DNA of 64,000 nt, from NCBI GenBank assembly GCA_964016885.1, contig CAXHJY010000706.1, positions 1-64,000 on the forward strand, in the 5' to 3' direction. Numbering within the stretch: the stretch's first letter is position 1; every line of letters begins with the position of its first letter. This stretch comes from Eledone cirrhosa (lineage: Eukaryota). Under the pieces are notes generated by a model. It had not been told where the DNA came from, did not search any database, and saw nothing but the letters and a program-made list of their open reading frames with translations. This document shows positions 41,306 through 55,046 of this stretch, piece by piece. The position numbers and the translations under genes are program-made.

Positions 41306-41379
41306 GCTGTCTGATGATGTCACGACACTCGCACACAGAACAGTGTGGCCAGTGTCGTCATTGAAATATATATCACAGC
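41306..41379 (+). ncRNA. Type-I hammerhead ribozyme with extended stem II
   Basis: GCTGT-CTGATGA-[TGTC ACGACACT CG CACAC AGAACA GTGTG GCC AGTGTCGT CATT]-GAAA-TATATA-TC-ACAGC; perfect 5-bp stem I, 8+5-bp stem II, AUC site. Confidence 0.8.
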
Positions 41380-41530
41380 ATTATTATTAAAGAAGTTGAA
41401 CATCTGAAACTACTTCGCTTTTCCTTATTCGATATTTACTCCGTCACTCCTATGTGGAAAAAGTACGTTGAGTGCTTGAATTGAATTGCATCAATATTTA
41501 CCCTAAGTATATATATATATATATATATAT

Positions 41531-41826
<296 letters not shown>

Positions 41827-41940
41827 ATAATAATAAATGTGAAACCGGTAAAGGAAACAAATAAATATTCTTAAAAAGACTCCAGTTGCATTTTCGATTT
41901 CTTTTCCTTATACTTTCACTAGTGTAGGGCACCTACATTT

Positions 41941-41997
<57 letters not shown>

Positions 41998-41998
41998 C

Positions 41999-42062
41999 AT
42001 TTTGTCTGAGGAAGGCATACCATATTTTTAATATGATATCCCAGAAATATATATAACGAAAT
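41999..42062 (+). ncRNA. Minimal type-I hammerhead ribozyme (family 1, copy C)
   Basis: ATTTTGT-CTGAGGA-AGGCATACCATATTTTTAATATGATATCCCA-GAAA-TATATA-TA-ACGAAAT; 7-bp stem I; between (TA)n tracts. Confidence 0.75.
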
Positions 42063-42103
42063 AAATATGGTTTTATAAATATAGTTTCCATTTGTTTAAT
42101 ATC

Positions 42104-42166
<63 letters not shown>

Positions 42167-42214
42167 TACATGTAATAAAGCGCTTTCAGGTGATGACAAT
42201 CCCGTATTTTGTTT

Positions 42215-42262
<48 letters not shown>

Positions 42263-42619
42263 GAAGAGGCGGGGGGGGGGGAGAAGGAGGGGGGGGGGGG
42301 CTTCTCAAAGATCTTCATATCTTCAAATTCTAAGGGAGCTACGTTTCGTCAGAGATGTCCTCTTTGGTGACTTGTCTTGACCTGTCCAAAACTAAATGTT
42401 TTTCTCCCTGGCCTGGCGACATCCTTATAGATAATATATATTGATACATCGTGACATATCAATAGATTCCTTAAGGAACTCCACACCCCACACCCTACAT
42501 ACACACACCACATTCTTTTCACATTAGATGAAACTGCGTTATGAAAACTAATACATCTGCAAGACTACGGCTTTGGACATCGCTTCTTTGTTTACTGTAC
42601 ACACACACTCACACAACAG

Positions 42620-42650
<31 letters not shown>

Positions 42651-42675
42651 ATGTGTGTGTGTGTGTGTGTATGTA

Positions 42676-42790
42676 CCGCGGTGCTGAAAGTCCCTGACTT
42701 TGAGTAAAAGAAAGTACAGGAGGATCAGTTAATTAGGATTTTATTCAATATATTCCCCTCTCAGGTGCAGATACTTATTGCAGCCGTCCT
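42676..42790 (+). mobile_element. mariner-like transposon end fragment
   Basis: TA-...GGTGCTGAAAGTCCCTGACTT resembles mariner TIRs (compare 51583). Confidence 0.45.
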
Positions 42791-43489
42791 ACCCCTCCTG
42801 TTGAACACAATAAGAAACAGAACCTCACCTGGGAAGGTAACAGCTCTCGGTTCGATTTAAATACCAGTAATGCACTGGGGTCGATTTAATCGACTTACTC
42901 CGTCCCCGGGTGCCTAAATCAGAAACCATTTAGAACGTTGGTTAGAATGTATTGCAGTATTCGGCCCCTTGGTCTGCGATCTCTGAGTTCAAATCCCGTC
43001 AATGTCAATTTTGTCTTTCATTATTCCGATGTTCTTTAAAATAAAGTACCAGTGAAATACTGGTGTTGATTTAATTGATTTCCCCTCCTCGACTTGCTGG
43101 CCTCGTGCCTATGTTAAAACAATTATTTACCCTACCCTGGAAAAAAAGAAAATACTGCTATACCCTCCCCCTTCATAAAGTATACTAGTTTCCTTCAATG
43201 TTTCGCTTATATAGGATCTACGCCTCCGACTACAAATTTAAAATGTGAGATATTGATCTTCCTCAATTCTGTGACTCAGCAGGATGTAAGGACATTTCTT
43301 ACAAGCATCATCAGTAGATATTCATTACTAGGTGGAGTTAAACTAACATTTTAGCTTCAACGATATTAAACCTGCTCATCTTGCATTCATATTAAGATAA
43401 AAATATGTTTCAAGATCCTTCCAACTGTTTAAAAAATAAGGAAGAAAGAAAGAAAGAAAGGTAAAAAGAGAGAAATAAATAACTAAATA

Positions 43490-43528
<39 letters not shown>

Positions 43529-44714
43529 GATCGAATGCTATAGGGAAGCATTTTTAGTAGACTTTAAATTTTAATGCTTAAAAACGTAGGATAATGTCCC
43601 AGCTCATGAAACTGATACAGGCATTGTATTGAAGTGAAGACATAAAAGTTCAAACATGAGTATTGTTTAAAAAAACTGTCATTTGATCTTGTTGGTGTGG
43701 TTTACCGAACAGATGAAATTTATTAGAATTTTGTGCTTGTTCTTTTGCCAATAATTAAATTCTATTATATTTTTTTCATAAGCTTTCCGCAGAATTCTCG
43801 TTAAAGATTGACAAAATTTATCATGGGGTGTTTCTAATTAAAAACAGCTGCATTTATGAAATATTGTTGAATAATTCTTATTTAATTTTGTTCTACTTAT
43901 TCATCATATTTTTGTTGTTTATTTCTGTCGTGGAAGGATCTTATTAAATGAAGTTACGTTCTTGTTCTTCACTAAATTTGTGTCACTCATATTGCCAAAT
44001 TTGACCTTCTAAAAGGGTAAATAAAGACTTTAAACTCAAAGTTTCACCCACAAACTAAACTGGCTTTAACTTAAGGGGCTTTAATTTAAAAGAAAATGCT
44101 GCCGCCCTTCAGCAAATCTGTCTATAGTTTTGTATTCTATAACGTCCATTTTAAATGTCCGTCTCATAGAAACTCGGCGGGATAGCTACAGAACTCCCAA
44201 AGGGAAATCTATCTCATGTTGAAAGAAGGGTGGAAAGAGTGACAGACTCAACGACGGCGACAACAGAGATGGTATAGAAGAAGAAGAAGAAGAAGAAGAA
44301 GAAGAAGAAGAAGAAGAAGAAGAAGAAGAAGAAGAAGAAGAAGAAGAAGAAGAAGAGAGAAAGAGAGGAGAGAATATAAGGTAGAAGCAAAAGAAAAAAG
44401 TTTGTTTTAGGCCGCTAGAGCCATTTAGTGCCGTAACAAAGTGTCGTGTGTATTTGATTATATGATGTGATTCACGTAAACAAATCTCTGTCATTAATAC
44501 GACATCTCGTTTGTTTGTGTTTAGTAGTTAATTATTGGTAGATTAGGGAGGCTGTCAACAATACGACATCAACGACGACAGCCAAATGATACAGTGAAGC
44601 AATGGCGGCGGCGAGAGAGGGAAGAAGGAGAGATCACGAAAGGAAAATATACACACCACACGTCCTCACAAAACAGTCGTCTGCTTCCTCCAATCTCTCC
44701 TTCCCTCTCTGTTT

Positions 44715-44716
44715 TT

Positions 44717-44759
<43 letters not shown>

Positions 44760-45495
44760 TCCCTCTCCCTTTCTCCCTCTCTATTCTTTCCCTTCTACAT
44801 ATGTTTAGCTTCTCTCTTCCTTCCTCTCCCGCTTTCTCACTCTTCCTCCCCCTCCCTCTTCCGTCCTCTCTCTCTTCTTTCCTCTCCCCTCTCTCTTCCC
44901 TTTTCTCTCCCCCTCTCTCATTCTTCCTCTCCCTTCTCTCTTCCTTCCTCTCCTCATCTATCATTCTTCCTCTCCCCTCTCTCTCTCTCTTCCTTCCTCT
45001 CCTCCTCTCTCACTCTTCCTCTCCCCTCTCTCTTCATTCCTCTCCTCATCTATCACTCTTCCTCTCCCCTCTCTCTTCCTTCCTCTCCTCCTCTCTCACT
45101 CTTCCTCTCCCCTCTTTCTCTCTTCCTTCCTCTCCTCCTCTCTCACTCTTCCTCCTCCTCTCTCTTCCTTCCTCTCCTCATCTATCATTCTTCCTCTCCC
45201 CCCCTCTCTCTCTCTTCCTTCCTCTCCTCCTCTCTCACTCTTCCTCTCCCCTCTCTCTTCCTTCCTCTCCTCATCTAACACTCTTCCTCTCCCCTCTCTC
45301 TTCCTTCCTCTCCTCCTCTCTCACTCTTCCTCCTCCTCTCTCTTCCTTCCTCTCCTCATCTATCACTCTTCCTCCTCCTCTCTCTTCCTTCCTCTCCCCT
45401 CTCTCTTCCTTCCTCCCGCCCTCTCTCACTCTTTCTCTCCCCTCTCTCTTCCTTTCTCTCCCCCTCTCTCACTCTTTCTCTCCCCTTCTCTCTTC
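44715..45495. repeat. Polypyrimidine (CT-rich) minisatellite
   Basis: Imperfect units CTCTCTTCCTTCCTCTCCTC...; source of the 401-aa L/S/P ORF. Confidence 0.9.
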
Positions 45496-45719
45496 ACTCA
45501 CTAGTATAGAAATCGTATTTATTCGAAAGAACAGTGATTCCGAAAAAAAGGTTCCACAAAGGAGTGCCTGGGGTCCCATGAAAAAAGATAGAGGAGTATA
45601 TTTATATTACGACCCTATAACAACAGTATCAGACTTTGGAGTCCCCCCAAAAAACGTTTCAGAACCAAAAAGAGGTTCCGCGTTTGAAAAAAGTTTGGTA
45701 AACCCTGTATTAAATAGAT

Positions 45720-46268
45720 GTTTCTTTATTAGCCACAGGGGCACAAAAGAAGGGGACAATTACAAAGAGGGGGAGTTTACATACAACAAAAACGTGTAAA
45801 ATATTATCACAATTGTAAATTAAAAGTTAATCGATTTTCCCCAATAGGGGGAGACATTACATATGGGTAGCACATACCCCCGAAAAAAAATGTGCAACCC
45901 TCATCTCCAGGAGTACGAAGAGTTTGTACCCCTTTCCTCTCTTTCTCTTTTTCCGCAACCTACAGGCTGATATAGAGAGAAGGCCCATTCACTCGGGCCA
46001 TTCTCGCCACTTTCACCCACCTTTCATAAAACTTGCTGGGGTACAGCACCTCTCTCTCCATCCTGACTCTTCTTCCAAAGTGGTATTTGAAAAAAAGAAT
46101 CAGTTGTTGGCCGGAGAGATCGTAGTCACAGATAGATAGATATACTTCTTTATTTGCCACAAAGGCGCACAAGAAAAGGGGACAATACAAAGACATGCCG
46201 GGGATTTTACATACAATCGTGTAAAAATATTGAAGCAAACAAATTAAACAATCGAAATCCCCAATATT
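45720..46268 (-). mobile_element. Two nested 3'-end fragments of Tx1/L1-like LINE
   Basis: Minus ORF tail LSGQQLILFFKYHFGRRVRMEREVL...ERWVKVARMARVNG*; 3'UTR with AATAAA; outer 14-bp direct repeat TGTATTAAATAGAT. Confidence 0.7.
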
Positions 46269-46606
46269 TGTATTAAATAGATAGAATTGTTGCCAGACGT
46301 TCTGGTAGGTATTCCTAACAGCTTGTAGTAATACACTTAGAGACATGACGAAACTCTTGCAGCGATTATCCAATAACTTACCTTCTTTGAGAGTTCCAGA
46401 ATTCTCGGATATATCAGTCAGTCCTGCCAGGCGAATTATATCCGATATCCAGCTAAAATGTTTAATGAACCTTACTTTATATAAATACAGGGAATCTTAG
46501 GGACCTACCTAGGTCACCAAAACCCCACTAAATTATCTGGGGGAAAATCTTGACTTCACCGAGCAATATTTTCTCTTCCTTGCGTCCTGTCAACCACCTC
46601 CTCCTG

Positions 46607-48390
46607 CTTCTTCTTCTTCTTCTTCTTCTTCTTCTTCTTCTTCTTCTTCTTCTTCTTCTTCTTCTTCTTCCTTCACCTTTTTCTTCTTCTTTTTCTTCTT
46701 CTTCTTCTTTTTCTTCTTTTTCTTCTTTTTCTTCTTCTTCTTTTTTTCCTTCTTCTTCTTCTTCTTCTTCTTCTTCTTCTTCTTCATCTTCTTCTTCCTT
46801 CATCTTCTTCTTCCTTCACCTTCTTCTTCTTCTTCTTCTTCTTCTTCTTCCTTCACCTTTTTCTTCTTCTTTTTCTTCTTTTTCTTCTTCTTCTTCTTCT
46901 TCTTCTTCTTCTTCCTTCACCTTTTTCTTCTTCTTTTTCTTCTTTTTCTTCTTTTTCTTCTTTTTCTTCTTCTTCTTTTTTTCCTTCTTCTTCTTCTTCT
47001 TCTTCTTCTTCTTCTTCTTCATCTTCTTCTTCCTTCATCTTCTTCTTCCTTCACCTTCTTCTTCTTCTTCTTCTTCTTCTTCTTCCTTCACCTTTTTCTT
47101 CTTCTTTTTCTTCTTCTTCTTCTTCTTCTTCTTCTTCTTCTTCTTCTTCCTTCACCTTTTTCTTCTTCTTTTTCTTCTTTTTCTTCTTTTTCTTCTTTTT
47201 CTTCTTCTTCTTTTTTTCCTTCTTCTTCTTCTTCTTCTTCTTCTTCTTCTTCTTCTTCTTCTTCCTTCATCTTCTTCTTCCTTCACCTTCTTCTTCTTCT
47301 TCTTCTTCTTCTTCTTCCTTCACCTTTTTCTTCTTCTTTTTCTTCTTTTTCTTCTTCTTCTTCTTCTTCTTCTTCTTCTTCCTTCACCTTTTTCTTCTTC
47401 TTTTTCTTCTTCTTCTTTTTCTCCTTCTTCTTCTTCTTCTTCTTCTTTTTCCTCATTATCATCACCATCGTCGTCGTCGTCCTCAACATCATCGTATCAA
47501 CGTCCTCCTCCTCCTCCTCCTCCTCATCACCACCACCACCACCACCACCACCACCATCACCATCACCACCACCATCACCATCACCACCACCATCACCACC
47601 ACCACCACCACCATCACCATCACCACCACCATCACCATCACCACCACCATCACCATCACCACCACCATCACCACCATCACCACCACCATCACCACCACCA
47701 CCACCACCACCACCATCACCACCACCACCATCACCACCACCACCACCATCACCATCATCACCATCACCATCATCACCGTCACCATCACCACCACCACCAC
47801 CACCACCATCACCACCACCATCACCATCACCACCACCACCACCATCACCACCATCACCATCACCATCATCACCATCACCATCACCACCACCACCACCACC
47901 ACCATCACCACCATCACCATCACCATCACCATCATCACCATCACCATCACCACCACCACCACCATCACCATCATCACCATCACCACCACCACCACCACCA
48001 CCATCACCACCATCACCATCACCATCATCACCATCACCATCACCATCACCACCACCATCACCATCATCACCATCACCATCATCACCGTCACCATCACCAC
48101 CACCACCACCACCACCATCACCACCACCATCACCATCATCACCGTCACCATCATCACCATCACCACCACCATCACCACCATCACCATCACCACCATCACC
48201 ATCACCGTCACCACCACCACCATCACCACCATCACCATCACCACCATCACCACCATCACCATCACCACCATCACCATCACCACCACCACCACCACCACCA
48301 CCACCACCATCACCACCATCACCATCACCACCACCACCATCACCATCATCATCATCATAACCATCACCATCACCATCATCATCATCATTT
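46607..48390. repeat. (TTC)n higher-order repeat followed by (CAC/CAT)n
   Basis: Direct inspection; explains the 629-aa poly-L/S/F/H ORF. Confidence 0.95.
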
Positions 48391-48737
48391 TTTTTTTTTT
48401 TTTCCTTTTAATCTTAATCATCGTTCTCCGTGCCAGTGACTACGGGTGGTGGTGCTACCACAAAGATGTGTTTGGAAATAGCAGCATCATGATTGATTGT
48501 CTGACATTTTCACCACCCAGACAATCTTCCTACATACATTAAATATTTCCCCTTCTGTTAAATCGTATTTTATCTCCTAGAGAGGACATCGGACTATTAA
48601 TGCGATCGATAAACGAGATCATATTACCTAAGGTCCAGGTTACCCTTTGCTCCCATTTTCATATTTGCTGTTCTTACTTCCTGCCTGCCTTCCCTACTTC
48701 CTTGCGCTCCCCTGTGGTCCCAGAACTCTGTGGACAC

Positions 48738-48772
<35 letters not shown>

Positions 48773-49204
48773 TAGAAGTCAGCAAACATCACAAAATATT
48801 ATATATATGGTTGTAGAAATATATATGTCGTTCGTTGTCTTTTCCTTTTCTCTTCCTCGAATGCCTCATTGCAGCTGTGGTAGGTTATAACATAATTTAG
48901 GTCAAACTTGACCTTAAAGAGAGCAATGGGATGGTACTTTTGTTGTTGTTGTAATATGGTTTTAACCCCACACCCGGTTTGACGGAGCGGCCCGACTAGA
49001 TTACTTCTGCCTGCGTGTGGTTAGTAATTGAAATGTCTTCTAAACCTCTGTGGGTAGCACAGCATAGACGTTATTTTCTTTGTTATTTGTGTCTTTGTAT
49101 TCAGATATAGATAGATGGGCAGCCATTTAGCCATATGTAGGTACACACATACGCACATAGTCACACATAAACACATGAACACACACATACATGCAGACAC
49201 ACAC

Positions 49205-49243
<39 letters not shown>

Positions 49244-49244
49244 C

Positions 49245-49285
<41 letters not shown>

Positions 49286-49324
49286 TTCGTATATATATAT
49301 ACATATGTATATATATATATATAT

Positions 49325-49556
49325 AAAACAAAGGAATTGTGGTAAGGAACCAGATGGACCATAACGCACCAGAGTACTCAATACTTAGGGTAGTAGAGTG
49401 GGAAATAGGAAAAAGTATGACCCGACGGCAGAGCTCAAGCCGTTTCGACGGCTATTTCTGGACTCTATTAAAATTTTTAAAATTCTAATTTAGTCCAGAA
49501 ATAGCCGTCGAAACGGCTTGAGCTCTGCCGTTGGGGTCATACTTTTTCCTATTTTT

Positions 49557-49560
<4 letters not shown>
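49325..49560. mobile_element. 'GACGGC-GAGCTC' fold-back element
   Basis: Reverse tail plus arms of about 58 bp separated by an AT-rich spacer; between (TA)n tracts. Confidence 0.8.
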
Positions 49561-49611
<51 letters not shown>

Positions 49612-50773
49612 TACTGCAATAACAATAACAACTGCAACAACAATAACTGCACCACCACCACCAACAACAACAACAACAACAACTGCAACAACAACAGCAA
49701 CAACAATAGCCCCAACAACAACTACTGCAACTGCAACAACAACAACTGCACCACAACAAAAACTGCACCCCTACCACCACCACCAACAACAACAACACTA
49801 CCATAACAGCAACAACAGTTACATCAGCACTAAAAACAAGAATAACAACAGTAACAAAATAAGAAGAAAACTAAACTGTTTAAACCGAGGGAACAGTGCA
49901 AGCCCTAACGTCCTAGACAGGGGTCAGGATGAAAGAATGGGGAGAGGTTGACCATCAAAACTTTCCAATTACTTATTTACAGAAGTTTTTAAAACACAAA
50001 CGAGAAAACAATGGAAAGAAGATGACAAAAACTAAAGATTTCTTTCGTTTACTTATTAATTATATATTTTTTATATCATCTTATTTATTTGTTACTTTTA
50101 TTTCTACTTCTCTAAGACACAATGAGGTATTTGTATTTGTATTGTGTTTATGACTGGGTAATCCTGGCTTCAGTGTTTGGGGGCTTGGATAGCTTGTTCC
50201 GTGCCTAACGTTATTGGTATTTTAACGATAGTTCCCGATAACGGGTTTCAAGGAAGAAGGAATAGTAGCAATGTTTATAACTGATTACTTCCGGTATTGC
50301 AAAAGCTGTGTGAACGACAATCATATCACGGTAGGGTTGTTTACTACAGCTCCGCATAAAATACCTCCAGAGTCAAGGATAAACTTCTGTATAGGTCATG
50401 TGACGAGAAAATGTTACGTTGTTCCGGAAACATTGACTGATATTTAAAAATTCAGTAGAACGTCGTGAAGAGTCGATAAAGGGGTTTAAATGAGACTAAA
50501 CCACAATAAGCAAATGTCTTTCCTTTTTATACACAATGAACAAAGACAAAAATAAACGGAAAGAACTATATAATTTTGAATTAACTCCGGATATTTTCGC
50601 AACTCAATGGATAGTTTGTTTTGAGACAAGAGACATTACTCGGTGGTAAAGCATTTTAGTCGGAAATCACAGAAATTACGAGAGATTTTCATTTCAAATT
50701 TTCTATTCTTCTATTTTCTAGTGAATGCACTGCAGAAATTATATGTATACACACGTGCAAGAAGCGTGTGTAC

Positions 50774-50990
<217 letters not shown>

Positions 50991-51060
50991 TAATGGAAAA
51001 TTTGAACAGGAACAAAACAGAGATATATATGTATGTATATATATACAAATATATATATAC

Positions 51061-51129
<69 letters not shown>

Positions 51130-51208
51130 GTTGTATACGTAAACACATATATACATTTGTAGACAGACAGACACACAAATAGACGGTTAGATAGATATAC
51201 AGATAGAT

Positions 51209-51283
<75 letters not shown>

Positions 51284-51582
51284 CTAAATAATACGCAAAT
51301 GGGTATGTGTGGGGGGGGGGGGGCGAAATTGTTATTATGTCACACTGAGATCAATAGTAGGTACTCTAACTATGCTAAAATTTCAATAAATACCCTAATA
51401 AAATAGATTTCTCTATATTTCAAAAAATAAATTTGTTATTGAGAACATATTCTGTAGAATATCAACAATAATAAAAACAAATATTTCGACTTTTATTCAG
51501 TTCTTCATCCACCAGAAACATTTATGAAAATATGTTTTAGATAAAGATCTATTAAATTATTAATTTGTTTATTATGTATGTA

Positions 51583-51879
51583 GGAGGGTCAGCTGAAAAG
51601 TTCATAGGCAGATTAGTTCATAGGCTGAAACGTTCATAGGCTGATTAGTTCATAGGCTGAAATGTTCATAGGCTGGAAGGTTTATAGGCTGGAAAGTTTA
51701 TAGGCTAACCAAGATACTCTGATGGAATAACTAAATGAGAAATAACTAAATTTTTTAACATAATTCCTGGAAAAAAATGCATTTATTAATACGAAGAGTT
51801 GAAATTAGTGCATGCAAGATTTCACAGCTCTTGCATCACTGCTTCATAGTCAACCTATGAACTTTTAAGCCGACACTCG
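51583..51879. mobile_element. mariner-like MITE with TA target duplication
   Basis: TA-GGAGGGTCAGCTGAAAAGTTCATAGG / CCTATGAACTTTTAAGCCGACACTCG-TA; about 7 subterminal GTTYATAGGC repeats. Confidence 0.8.
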
Positions 51880-51918
51880 TAGTTAAATTGGTAGTAAATT
51901 AGCAGTATCTCTCTATCC

Positions 51919-51996
<78 letters not shown>

Positions 51997-52949
51997 TATT
52001 AAGTTAGACATAGCCTGGGCCAATACTGGCCGAAACCTATCAAAGTTATATATATATATATATGTATATTTGTCTATCTGTCTATCCATCCATCTTGCAT
52101 ACATAGGCATGAACGTCAAAATATACCATCCTTATTTTACTAAAATTAAGAACATTTGAACTAAATTTAAAGAAACTTATATTTAGCTCTGGTATGGATG
52201 GAGGGGTTTACTTTTAACCTTACATTTTTATCTCATTTTTATGATTCCAATATGGCATAATGTTTTACCCGAGTAAAGAATCAATACACACAGTTGAAAT
52301 AATATCCTGGTATGAGATGGCAAATATTAAATTCATACACAAGGAAAGAGAAGTGCCTATCAAATAACACAAAATTTCAAAGGCAACATTTAAAAAAATG
52401 AAGAAAATTTTAAATTATTGCTAAACGGCATATAAATACCCTTCTTCTTCTGTTACTCTTTGATTTAAGTTCCTGAAACTTTCAATAAAAGATTTAAATT
52501 GAAGCAAGCCTGGGCCGATGATATTCCTCTGTTGATTATTAATTTCAAGACAGATGGAGTTATCACGCAAAGATGCCATTTTTTTAGGCAGCCTCATCAG
52601 TTTTCCCCTAGGAGCATTAACCTCTCACTATCGGCTGCTGTTCTCGCCTTCGCCCAATATTCTAGATGAATATGCAAACAAAGAGAAACTACAACAGAAA
52701 TATACCAATTGTAAACGTGTAGGATTCGAATTTTTACAGTCGTTAGACAAACTCTACGTTACTTCAAATCTTTGGAGTTCATCTTACGGAAATATTTAAC
52801 GATATTTTGTAGTCATATAAGTCTCTTTTAAATAACTGACTGAAAATTTATGATTTACACAGACAACTAAATCTTCGTAAGAGTATATATCAATAACACA
52901 TTGATGTTTATAAATTAGCATACTGGTCTCTACCCCTCTTAGCTAATTA

Positions 52950-53007
<58 letters not shown>

Positions 53008-53009
<2 letters not shown>

Positions 53010-53180
53010 CGAACGAATTGTAGTAACCAGATGGACCATAACGCACCAAAGTACTCAATACTTAGGGTAGTAGAGTGGGTAATAGGAACAAGTATGTCCC
53101 TGACGGCAGAGCTCAAGCCGTTTCGACGGCTATTTCGAAACGGCTTGAGCTCTTCCGTCGGGGTCATACTTGTTCCTATA
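53008..53180. mobile_element. 'GACGGC-GAGCTC' fold-back element
   Basis: Reverse tail plus palindrome at 53082-53180; between (TA)n tracts. Confidence 0.8.
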
Positions 53181-53251
53181 TATATATATATATTATTAAT
53201 TCTGGCAATATTACACAAATATGACCCTCCCCAAGTATAACAATATATATA

Positions 53252-54107
53252 TATATATATTTTGTTTCTGAATTTGTTTAGCAAGATTCTTTATCTGAAA
53301 ACGTGTGTTGAAACCGATATTGTTATACTTTGGGAGGGTCATGTTGCCAATAAGAAACACACGCACCAGTTGCTTTCACTTCAATTTATTATAGATTTAT
53401 AAATTTATAAATTTACAAATCTACAAACTTATAAATTTCTGGTTGGTTGGTTGATATGAGATTAGAGAACATAGAAATAAAAATAGAATCCACACACAGA
53501 AAAGATGCAATGTTTAGGCAAATTACAGAGGCAGTAAGCATAAAAGAATTACAACCAAAATTAAATAGAAAATATGAGTGGAACAGTAACATCACAACTT
53601 ACAATTAAGGACAAAATGAAAACACACATAGGACAAAATGAAAACACACACACACATAGAACAAACAACTTACAATTAAGGACAAAATGAAAACACACAC
53701 AGGACAAAATGAAAACACACACACACATAGAACAAACAACCAACCAACAATAAATAAATAAATAAATAAACAAATAGATAAATGAACACAAACACACACA
53801 GACACCCGGATGTGGCGCATGCGCAAACTGAGCACACAACACACACACAGAAACAAAATGGCGTAGGATAGAAGAAAGGCACAGAAACAAAGAAAGGAAT
53901 CCCCAGTCACTGAAGAGGTCACAGAGTGTGTGACGAAAGGACTATGACTATATATAAACAACTATCTGGTTGTGGAACCAACCAACCAACCAGAAATTTA
54001 TAAGTTTGTAGATTTGTAAATTTATAAATTTATAAATCTATAATAAATTGAAGTGAAAGCAACTGGTGCGTGTGTTTCTTATTGGCAACATGACCCTCCC
54101 AAAGTAT

Positions 54108-54115
<8 letters not shown>
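53252..54115 (+). mobile_element. About 860-bp element with about 137-bp inverted terminal copies and an internal hammerhead (Penelope-like pLTR architecture)
   Basis: Arms 53317-53453 and 53979-54115; internal tandem repeat at about 53594-53740; hammerhead at 53905; (TA)n on both sides. Confidence 0.7.
53905..53949 (+). ncRNA. Minimal type-I hammerhead ribozyme
   Basis: AGTCA-CTGAAGA-G-GTCACA GAGTG TGTGAC-GAAA-GGAC-TA-TGACT; 5-bp stem I, 6-bp stem II, CUA site. Confidence 0.8.
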
Positions 54116-54189
<74 letters not shown>

Positions 54190-54472
54190 TAAAGTCCAAG
54201 TTGATTATTCAAACTTCGTTGCAGAGAATTAGTTCCAGTGCCACTTAGTTCCAGAAAATTTGCAAATCAGGTGGTGGATTGAAACATCTGAACATACGCA
54301 ATAAGCAAACCCAAAGTGTTAACAAGAACGAAATGAGACATCCTTGTATTATTTGTGAAGGGGTCTTTCACAGGCTTTGAGGACTCAAACGCTATTTGAG
54401 ATCTCATGCCAGGAAGGAATAGACATAAAGTACAAGAAGTGGTCAAGATGTGTATGGAGTAGACGACCTTCA
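54190..54472 (+). mobile_element. Degenerate RTE/BovB-like LINE 3' end with C2H2 finger remnants
   Basis: FQCHL...ICKSGGGLKHL and HPCIICEGVFHRL*GLKRYLRSH, short 3'UTR, (TA)n tail. Confidence 0.55.
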
Positions 54473-55046
54473 TATATATATATATATGAAGTTTTGTGTT
54501 AGATCCTTGGTACAGTTAGATATATTTGAATAAAGGAAAAGAATGACTTCACTCATATAATTTTACAATTTTAAAATTTTATGAATTTACTATAATTTCG
54601 GTCGAAATTTTTTTTTTTTTTTAATCCTGGTTAACTTTCTGGAGAACTTTCTCGCATTCGTCGGTGGCAATTGTCAAACTGAGCTTAAGTTGTAATGTGT
54701 CAATGTATATATAGAGAGAAAGGAGACTGGCATGCATGGGTGACTGCTGATCTTCCACAAATACACTTTTCCTACAGTTGTGCCTCGGAGGGTAACTTTA
54801 TAAGTGCGAAACCATGGACATTCGTAACTGAAGGAAGCGTACGATACATATACATGTGTATGTTTATGTGTGTATGTCTGTGTATGTGTATGTCTGTGTA
54901 TACATATGGATGTATATGAGTACTCAATATACGTAGTTCATTTTTTTTTTTTTTTTTAAACGAAAGGAATGACTTCACTTGTAGTTCTAAAGAATTTGAT
55001 TTAATTTTATATTATAATATTATGGGTTGGTAGATCTACCAACTCA

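Noticed and set aside
43280-43320. Minus-strand CTGATGA-TGCTTGTAA-GAAA-TGTCCT-TA
   Set aside because: No stem I complementarity and a marginal stem II; probably chance.
45532-45707. hAT-like MITE (CAGTGATTCC...GGTAAACCCTG)
   Set aside because: The TIR match is short and no 8-bp TSD is visible, so it is left unannotated.
46550-48439. 629-aa ORF with a long poly-His run
   Set aside because: Pure (TTC)n and (CAC/CAT)n microsatellite that lacks stop codons by composition; no complex coding sequence.
53295-53325. CTGAAAA-CGTGTGTT-GAAACC in the repeated tail
   Set aside because: G8 is missing in all copies, and there is no stem I.
54245-54420. Host C2H2 zinc-finger gene
   Set aside because: In-frame stop, frameshift and a LINE-like 3'UTR/tail fit a retroelement C-terminus better.
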